Of a stretch of DNA of 64,000 nt, positions 58,101 to 64,000 are shown piece after piece. Within the stretch, counting starts at the first letter, position 1. Every line of letters begins with the position of its first letter. The notes under the pieces are model-generated. The model was given only the letters and a program-made list of their open reading frames with translations, made no database searches and was not told the DNA's origin. The DNA is from Candidatus Sulfotelmatobacter sp. (GTDB lineage: Bacteria; Acidobacteriota; Terriglobia; Acidiferrales; UBA7541): contig DATMPA010000022.1 of NCBI GenBank assembly GCA_035567915.1, positions 169,072 through 233,071 on the forward strand. Direction: 5' to 3'. The position numbers and the translations under genes were made by a program.

Positions 58101-58354
58101 TCATTGGCGTTCGTGGACATCATGTAGAGCATGTTGTCCACGCCGTTCATTTGCTGCTCAACTGGAGTAGCAACGGACTGCTCGATCGTCAGTGCGTCCG
58201 CACCGGTGTAGGTGGCAGACACGCTCATTTGCGGCGGCACGATATCTGGGAGCTGAGCTACGGGCAGCTTCGCCATCGAAACGAGGCCTATGACCACAGT
58301 AAGAATGGCAATAACAATTGCAACGATCGGCCGGTCAATGAAGAATTTCGACAT
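55196..58354 (-). CDS. RND multidrug efflux permease, HAE1 (AcrB-like)
   Basis: 1052 aa. N-terminus MSKFFIDRPIVAIVIAILTVVIGLVSMAKLPVAQLPDIVPP is AcrB-type. 12-TM architecture. Confidence 0.9.
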   Translation of the reverse strand: MSKFFIDRPIVAIVIAILTVVIGLVSMAKLPVAQLPDIVPPQMSVSATYTGADALTIEQSVATPVEQQMNGVDNMLYMMSTNANDGTMTLKVTFDVGTNVDIDQVNTQNRVSQASPNLPTSVNQYGVTVKKLMGLPLLVLSVYSPKATYGGQFLGNYATININDALLRVPGVGQVTNFGAADYAMRVWVKPDQLTKLGLTVTDLTNAVQQQSAVNPAGQIGAEPAPKGQQFTYAVRAPGRLANAEEFGKVIVRQNPDGSTVRLSDVSRIELGSIVYQQIGRYNGKPAVVMAVYQAPGSNALAVAKQVKAQMEDLKTRFPQDLEYVVSMDTTLPITEGMKEILTTLFEAIVLVIIVVFLFLQGWRATLIPLIAVPVSLIGTFAVFPMLGFSINTLSLFGLILAIGLVVDDAIVVVEAVEHNIEHGMTPREATIKAMEEVTTPVIGIALVLSSVFIPMAFMGGIKGLLNQQFAITIAISVLISAFNALTLSPALSALLLRPRKQSKGLVGRFFAGFNRWFGKMTGGYVNWSHVLVRRWGIALILLLGISVIAVSMGKRLPTSFLPEEDQGYAFLQIQLPDAASLQRTDAVMRKVDDILAHTHGVQGYDAIVGFSLLSNTSASYTGFYFVQLDPWHERHGAELSANGLMQTLNKKMREEIPEALGFAFGPPAIPGLGTAGGFTFMLQDRSAGTVQQLSETLEKLTQAARKRPEIGGLVATFRPSVPQLFVEIDQDRVLKQGLQFTDVYQTLQAFLGGAYVNQFNRFGRQWKVYLQAEPEYRVSADKINSFYVRNSKGDMTPLASMVTVKRVSGPEYTNRFNLFRSIQINGSPAPGYSSGQAMAAMEQVSAEVLPAGMGYAWSDMSYQEKKAEGGQAIVFGMSVFCVFLILAALYESWSLPFSVLLSVPVAILGANAGLLLRKLDNNAFAQIGLVMLIGLTAKNAILIVEFAILENKKGKGLVEAALEGARLRLRPILMTSFAFILGCVPLWTAKGAGAIGRRVLGSSVITGMTAATVLGVFLVPVLYVVVERIAGKDKKAAEDIPGSVVLQGGHD

Positions 58355-58356
58355 AG

Positions 58357-59589
58357 CTACATCCCACCATTCGGCGAAACGGCTTGTGTGTCCTTAAATG
58401 GCGTGGGGGCAACAGTCATGCCGGTCTTGATGCGCTGCAGTCCATCGACGACAACATTTTCCCCTACCTGAAGACCGGACACGACAATCCACATGTCGCC
58501 AGATTGTGGGCCGAGTGTTACGGTCTTGATCGTGACCTTGTTATCGGACCCCACTACTCCCACCTGATAGACACCTTGGAGTTCGGAAACTGCCTGCTGC
58601 GGAATCAGAACTGCACTTTTGCGCGTCTCGGTGACGGCGCGGATGCGCGCATATTGCCCGGGACGCAACACATTGCCGGGATTGGGAAACTCTCCACGTA
58701 CCTGAATTGTTCCGGTTCGTGAATCTACTTCGCGATTTACGAAAAGGGCATGACCACGGCGCGGGTAAACCGTACCATCTCCAAGAATCAACACGAGATC
58801 CTGGCCCGCTGTGCGGCCTGTTTTTTCGCGGACAAATCGGAGGTAGTCCTGTTCTGCGACATTGACGTCAACATAGATCGGATTGACGCTCGATATGGTG
58901 GTCATGACCGTTGTCGGCGTCATAAGGTCCCCGATCTGGACTTTGGAGACTCCGGCGATTCCGGAAATAGGCGAGGTCACAGTCGTCCAGGCTAGATTTA
59001 GCTTGGCATTGTCCAAAACCGCTTGGCCCGCATCTACCCCTGCCTTGCCCGCGGTTTCTGAACTCAGCGCCTTATCGAGTTCGGCTTGGCTTACGGCCCT
59101 CTGAGCCACTAGGGGTGTATAACGACGCACGTCAATCTGCGCCTGTCCGAGTGAAGCGCGGGCTCGCGCGAGTTCTCCCTGTGCATGTTCGACGGCTGCC
59201 TGGGCTTGCCGCTTGTCAAGCTGGAACATGGGCGCGCCCTTCTCTATGTATGAACCCTCCGTATAGAGGCGGCTAAGCAAAAATCCGTCCACCTTGGGTC
59301 GAATGTCGGCATCCACGTTGCCGGACATCGTTCCGACCCACTCTTGACGGATAGACACGTCCTTCTGAATTGCTGGTGTAACCGTAACGCCGGGAGGCGC
59401 GGGTGCAGGCTTCTCGGCGTTTGAGGAACAGCTGGCGCTGATGATCAGCGCACCCATCAGTGCGCCGATGTGCAGCAACTTAGCAGCGAATCGGCAAATG
59501 ATCGGCCATAGGGAGGATTCCCCGCCCAAAATCACCTTTGTCCCATAAGGCGGTCGCAAGGCGGCGTGGAATTTCGGATGAATCTTCAT
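58357..59589 (-). CDS. RND efflux periplasmic adaptor (membrane fusion protein, AcrA/HlyD family)
   Basis: Lipoprotein-like ALIISASC, coiled-coil hairpin, beta-barrel/MP domains. True start may be an internal TTG/ATG. Confidence 0.8.
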   Translation of the reverse strand: MKIHPKFHAALRPPYGTKVILGGESSLWPIICRFAAKLLHIGALMGALIISASCSSNAEKPAPAPPGVTVTPAIQKDVSIRQEWVGTMSGNVDADIRPKVDGFLLSRLYTEGSYIEKGAPMFQLDKRQAQAAVEHAQGELARARASLGQAQIDVRRYTPLVAQRAVSQAELDKALSSETAGKAGVDAGQAVLDNAKLNLAWTTVTSPISGIAGVSKVQIGDLMTPTTVMTTISSVNPIYVDVNVAEQDYLRFVREKTGRTAGQDLVLILGDGTVYPRRGHALFVNREVDSRTGTIQVRGEFPNPGNVLRPGQYARIRAVTETRKSAVLIPQQAVSELQGVYQVGVVGSDNKVTIKTVTLGPQSGDMWIVVSGLQVGENVVVDGLQRIKTGMTVAPTPFKDTQAVSPNGGM

Positions 59590-59920
59590 TTATTTCGCCT
59601 CCGCATTTCGGATCCAGCTCGCTCGAGTCGCAATGGCTTCTCCCTGTATCTTTCGCACTCGCGAGGCGCGCGCCGCGACCCTGGATTCCTCTGAACTGCA
59701 GAATTTCACTTGAGGCGAACGCTAGGGTGGCCTCATTTGCCCATCAAAGTGCGTTCACTGGGCGGGAGGCTAACAATTGGTCGCGCAATGGGGAACTGTC
59801 AAAACTAGCAGGTAGTTGGCCTCCAGATGAGAATTAGCAAGAATGCCTGACATCGGGCTAAACGCTTGAGGAGAGGAGTCTTGGAGGTGCGCCGAGGACG
59901 GAAATACCAGACTTGCCGCT

Positions 59921-61240
59921 TTAAGAAACGCTTCGCATGGGGACGATAAACTTACTCGCAATGAGGTAGGAGTAAAGATGCCCCAAAGGAGGGACCGGCC
60001 GGAGCGCGTCCGCAGCGATCATGCCGTTCCTTTCTTCCCATTGCCAGCCAGTTGCTGACACGGATGCGAGCGAATCTTGAATTGCGGAAGCTTTCGCCGG
60101 GTAAGCGTAAACGCACACGTTCTGGGCAAACAATTTGGAAAGGCCTTCGAGCAATCGGCCTTCGAGCGTCCCGTGCGCTTGGGATAGGAAACGAATTAGA
60201 ACAGAGACGTCAACTGCAAAGCGGACCGGAGCTTGCGTGTAGCGGTTGACGAAGGACGTCATCCGGTAGAGTTCATTGTAGCCAAAGACAAGAACATCAC
60301 TACAACTTGCGCGCAAGGCATCCACCCGGCGGGACAGGTCGGAAAAGTCAACGGCGGCGTTTGTCAAACCCGGAGCCGTGGTGCTGAGAGCCAACAGACT
60401 GAGGGGTTCCCCGCTCTTTGATTCAGTCTTCAGTTGGAGCATTGCGGCGGACAGCATCTCTTGCTGAGAAGATTCAATGCTTTGCGATGCGAAGGGAGCC
60501 AACACGATCGGTCTTTTTCGGAGAGTTTCTGTAGGCGGTGTCTGGGGATTTCTGCCTGTAAAGAGCACGGCCTCGGCCATGCCTCCGTGGACAAGCATCA
60601 GCAAGGCTTCCTGGCGATTCCATCCCTCAAACGCGGGGCCTCGCAATTCGATGAAGTCGATTTCAATCCGTTGTGCGGTGACTTCGTCCAGAAGAGCCTT
60701 CAATGAGTCCTGCTTGCTCGGGCCTGGATGAAAGACGGCATGAATCAAGTTGACGCCGACAACGCCAAGCGCCTCCTGCTGCAGCAAATTGGATGGGTCC
60801 CTCAGATTGAGGTGCAGCAGGAGGTCATTGGGCATTCCTCCAGGGCGATCCTGAAAGCGGATTCCCATCCAACCATGACATTCGTTCGTGCCGGCGAAGT
60901 TTTGAGCTGAAACGGTATCGGCGAAGGAGAAAAGACGTGTTTGTGGGTCAAGGCTCTGTTGTAGTTGTGCAACGAGCAAATTCCATTCCTGCTCTATCAT
61001 GGCCTCAAGCCTCTGCATGGAAACATAGCGCGAGCCCGCTCCATACAGACTGTCGCTAACCGGCTTGCTATAGGCCGAAACTGTCTTGGCGACGGTGCCC
61101 GAGGCAGCTCCTACGCGCAGAAACCAACGGGCCACTTCCTGCCCGGCGCCGATTTCGGCAAACGAGCCGAATATGGTTTGATCCAAATTGATTGCTAACG
61201 CTTTTTGATGAGTGTCGAGAATATTCGCGCCAGACTTCAT
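59921..61240 (-). CDS. Hypothetical 439-aa cytoplasmic protein, family not recognised
   Basis: Long uninterrupted ORF with coding-like composition between the OmpA-like gene and the RND operon. No motif I can assign. Confidence 0.5.
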   Translation of the reverse strand: MKSGANILDTHQKALAINLDQTIFGSFAEIGAGQEVARWFLRVGAASGTVAKTVSAYSKPVSDSLYGAGSRYVSMQRLEAMIEQEWNLLVAQLQQSLDPQTRLFSFADTVSAQNFAGTNECHGWMGIRFQDRPGGMPNDLLLHLNLRDPSNLLQQEALGVVGVNLIHAVFHPGPSKQDSLKALLDEVTAQRIEIDFIELRGPAFEGWNRQEALLMLVHGGMAEAVLFTGRNPQTPPTETLRKRPIVLAPFASQSIESSQQEMLSAAMLQLKTESKSGEPLSLLALSTTAPGLTNAAVDFSDLSRRVDALRASCSDVLVFGYNELYRMTSFVNRYTQAPVRFAVDVSVLIRFLSQAHGTLEGRLLEGLSKLFAQNVCVYAYPAKASAIQDSLASVSATGWQWEERNGMIAADALRPVPPLGHLYSYLIASKFIVPMRSVS

Positions 61241-61274
61241 TCGCTCTCGCTATGCAACGCCCACAATGTGGAAG

Positions 61275-62750
61275 CTAGGTGCCAATTTTTACGCCAATGA
61301 CTTCGCCCGAGACCACGATTTCCACACGACGGTTCTTTTGCCTGCCTGCAGCGGAACTGTTGTCATCGGCCGGGCTAGTCTTGCCAAATCCCCGTGAAGT
61401 TACAGTACTGTCAGCGAGTCCCTGTCCGATAAGGTAGCCGCGCACCGATTCCGCACGCTGTTCAGAGAGTTTTTGATTGACTTCATCGCTGCCAACGTTA
61501 TCGGTATGGCCTTCGACTGCCAGATTTAGACCAGAATGAGCCAGGATAATGCCCGATAGTTTTGCCAGCTTCTCCCTTGCTTCAGGCCGAAGGTCATATT
61601 TTCCGAAGTCAAAGAGGACGTCTCCCATGTTGACGACAAGGCCGCGCGGGGTATCGCGGGTTTCCAAAACGCGATTGAATTGTTCCAGCAGTTGGGCGCG
61701 CAAGTCCGCAGCTGCCTTTCGAGCACGTTCTGCCTCAGCCTCCGCCGCTGCTTCCTTTGCTTTCAGCGCATCTGCCTCCGCTTTGGCCTTCGTAGCGGCG
61801 GCCGCGGCCAATTCAGCCTGACGCTGGGCCTCCAGATCTGTCTTGCGTTTTGCTTCTGCCGCTTCGGCTGCAGCCTTTGCTTCCGCTTCTGCCTTAGCTT
61901 GGGCGGCCGCAGCAGCACGCTCTGAGGCTATACGCCGTTCCTCTTGGCGTTGGGCTGCAAGCGCGCGCGCATCCTCCGCAAACTGCACAGTTTGCCGGGA
62001 GGCGGAAATGATTTCCTTTTTGTCTGCTTTCCTGGCTAGGGCGTTCTCGGCGATTTCCAAGCTTCCCTTTGCTTTTGAGAAGATTTCCTGAGCATCTGCT
62101 TCGGCCCCGCGCGACTTCGCGATATCCACAGCGTTGCGCGCTTCATACATCTCCAGTGGGACACGTTCGAGATCGGGTGTCATCGCAAGGGGGTTCCCGA
62201 GTTTTTCGTATTGGGTTCGTTTCATTAGCTTGTATTCATTTACGGGAAAGCGCTTTCCCTTCGTGTCTTTCCGTGCCTCACTCTCTAGAACCACGGTCTC
62301 ACTAGGCAGACGAACCGCAAAATATGGTTCGGCTGTCACGATCATTGAAAATGTCTGCGCTGGTGTGCTGGCGTTTAATTTTGCTTCGCCATCTTTGTTA
62401 ACAAGCAGCTCACCGAGATTTCCAGTACGCCCGTCCGGGGTGATGACCCACATCACGTACGTTAAAAACTCCGCGCCAAGCTTCGAGGGTTGCTCCAGAC
62501 CTTTGATGGTCACTTCAATATTTGTCTTTCCCTGCTTGGCCTCGACTTTTGCCTCACCGTTGGCCTGGGGTATCAAATCCGTGCCCTTCAGGTCGACCTT
62601 GGTGCCTGCGCCAACCGGAAATCCAATCGCGGTCACCGACTTGCTGACGAGATAGGATGTCGGCACCTTTTGTTCCGACTGTGCTCGAGCGGTGCTGGTT
62701 GATAGGCAGAGCACCAGGCAGGCGAGCAGAATAGGGTGGCGGTGGCTCAT
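61275..62750 (-). CDS. OmpA/MotB-domain protein with signal peptide, beta-rich N-domain and Ala/Glu/Lys coiled-coil linker
   Basis: C-terminal OmpA-like peptidoglycan-binding motif (TDNVGSDEVNQKLSEQRAESVRGYL). Low-complexity AAEAKAKAEA repeats. Confidence 0.7.
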   Translation of the reverse strand: MSHRHPILLACLVLCLSTSTARAQSEQKVPTSYLVSKSVTAIGFPVGAGTKVDLKGTDLIPQANGEAKVEAKQGKTNIEVTIKGLEQPSKLGAEFLTYVMWVITPDGRTGNLGELLVNKDGEAKLNASTPAQTFSMIVTAEPYFAVRLPSETVVLESEARKDTKGKRFPVNEYKLMKRTQYEKLGNPLAMTPDLERVPLEMYEARNAVDIAKSRGAEADAQEIFSKAKGSLEIAENALARKADKKEIISASRQTVQFAEDARALAAQRQEERRIASERAAAAAQAKAEAEAKAAAEAAEAKRKTDLEAQRQAELAAAAATKAKAEADALKAKEAAAEAEAERARKAAADLRAQLLEQFNRVLETRDTPRGLVVNMGDVLFDFGKYDLRPEAREKLAKLSGIILAHSGLNLAVEGHTDNVGSDEVNQKLSEQRAESVRGYLIGQGLADSTVTSRGFGKTSPADDNSSAAGRQKNRRVEIVVSGEVIGVKIGT

Positions 62751-63244
62751 AAATCCTCCAGATCTCTTAGGAATCCCATCACAAGAAAACTGCCAGAAAG
62801 GCGGGATATAGCCACTGCTAAAACTAACAGGTATGCGCTCCGCCCCCGAGCACGCGGTTCTTGCTTAGAAGTTCACGAAGTCGTCCATTAAGGCTGTCGC
62901 TCGTCGATCGATTTTCCGATCTGTCTTTTTTGACAGTTCCTTCGGATTTGCGGCCAAGACTATGCTGCTGGAAACGGAGGCGAGTTCTCTGCTGCCTGAG
63001 CATCCCCTGCGGACCCCCAAAGAGGCCGCCTCCATCCTTCCTGCGTGGGCGAATATGCCGATACTCACAATACTGATCCTAGTAACCGTCCTTTCATTCT
63101 TGTGCCTTTCAGGCAATGTGATCAGTGCCGCCGGCAGAGGGCGCAGCCAGAGTCAACGCCCGTAATGAGAAGCGGCAATTCGCGCCGGCATCGATAAGAG
63201 TTTATATATTGATGATTCAATCGAACCTCAGGCCTGCCCATCAG

Positions 63245-63285
63245 CAACACGGCCCACCTTGTTGTTTGCAAGGTGGGCCGTGTTG
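63245..63285. other. Perfect 17-bp inverted repeat/hairpin (putative terminator downstream of the minus-strand OMP gene)
   Basis: CAACACGGCCCACCTTG ttgtttg CAAGGTGGGCCGTGTTG. No adjacent U-tract. Confidence 0.4.
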
Positions 63286-63376
63286 TCCGTGGCAAGGAAA
63301 ATCTCCTGTTTCACGCCTGCGCACACAAGGCTGCGGTTCCCAGCACGCTTGAGGCAATCGTCAAAAATGCTTGCTT

Positions 63377-64000
63377 CTAGAACCAGAAAACGGCGCCGCC
63401 CTGGTAGCGGAAATTACTCTGGTTCTGGTTGCCACTTGTGAAGCCATTGCCGAAGCGGGTGAGCACGAAATCGAACTGTGCGGGCCGGATAGCAATCGAT
63501 TTGGTAACCGGAATATCAACGCCTCCGCCCAAGACGAAAGAGAAGGCATTATTGCTTGGGTTCGTCGAAGTGGTGCACGTGTTCTGGCAAGCCTTTGCCA
63601 AATTTGTGAAAGTATTGGAATGGGCACCGCCGAACATCGCTTCCACAAAGGGCTCGAAATGCTGCGCGCGGTGTTTCAAAACGGGGCCTACATTGTAGGT
63701 GAAAAGATTGCCACTAGCCGTAACGATGCATCCCGCCGGGCACGGACTGTTAGATGTTGCCGGAAAAGCAAAGGTTTTCGCGAGGCTGCCGTAACCCTCG
63801 AATTCACCTTGGATTCCGAAGAAGTGGTTGACATTGACGATGGCTCCCCCGCCCCCTCCGTTCATGCAAAAGCCGCTGACGATGTTGCTGTTTTCAGGGT
63901 TGAACCGCATGAAGGAGTAGACCAGGGGAACTTCTACGTTGGGGTAATCCTGTGCGAATGCGGCGGAGCAGAACGTAAAAAGCATTCCCAGAAGAATTAC
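63377..64000 (-). CDS. Outer-membrane beta-barrel protein (OmpA-like/OmpW-like), N-terminus truncated by the window edge
   Basis: Frame stays open to the window end (..VILLGMLFTFCSAAFAQ signal peptide). Alternating amphipathic beta strands. C-terminal Phe (…GGAVFWF). Confidence 0.5.
   Translation of the reverse strand, partial: VILLGMLFTFCSAAFAQDYPNVEVPLVYSFMRFNPENSNIVSGFCMNGGGGGAIVNVNHFFGIQGEFEGYGSLAKTFAFPATSNSPCPAGCIVTASGNLFTYNVGPVLKHRAQHFEPFVEAMFGGAHSNTFTNLAKACQNTCTTSTNPSNNAFSFVLGGGVDIPVTKSIAIRPAQFDFVLTRFGNGFTSGNQNQSNFRYQGGAVFWF

Noticed and set aside
1-64000. CRISPR arrays, IS elements, integrases
   Set aside because: No regularly spaced direct repeats, transposase or integrase ORFs were found on either strand.

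Overview
High-GC (~60%) bacterial chromosomal segment, densely coding on both strands. The protein families (GWxTD domain, zinc-ribbon/DUF4190 proteins with a PulG-like pilin helix, many secreted peptidases, CopC/CopD-CtaG) suggest an Acidobacteriota-like soil bacterium. That assignment is inference only. Core housekeeping genes: class II (B12-dependent) ribonucleotide reductase nrdJ, lpxC, glmU, a purine block purQ-purL-purF-lepB-lepB-purM plus a separate purN, tyrS, ctpA/S41 peptidase, and an AcrAB-TolC-like RND efflux operon followed by copC-copD. Accessory content: (i) a DUF433/DUF5615 (COG2442/COG4634) toxin-antitoxin-like pair with an unusual N-terminal HTH extension, next to two paralogous zinc-ribbon/DUF4190 membrane proteins, one fused to a pilin-like helix; (ii) an AbiEi/AbiEii abortive-infection (type IV TA) pair in a ~3.3 kb lower-GC islet, flanked by a 580 bp AT-richer non-coding stretch and a ChaN/Tiki-like secreted protein; (iii) three different SPFH-family membrane-scaffold genes (prohibitin-like, NfeD-stomatin operon, 687-aa flotillin-like); (iv) two unusually long non-coding regions (5621-6368, 7923-8567) with no credible ORF; (v) a long structured nrdJ leader with candidate tandem NrdR boxes. 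No rRNA, tRNA, CRISPR array, integrase or transposase was detected. Many long antisense ORFs in the track are high-GC artefacts and are listed as rejected.
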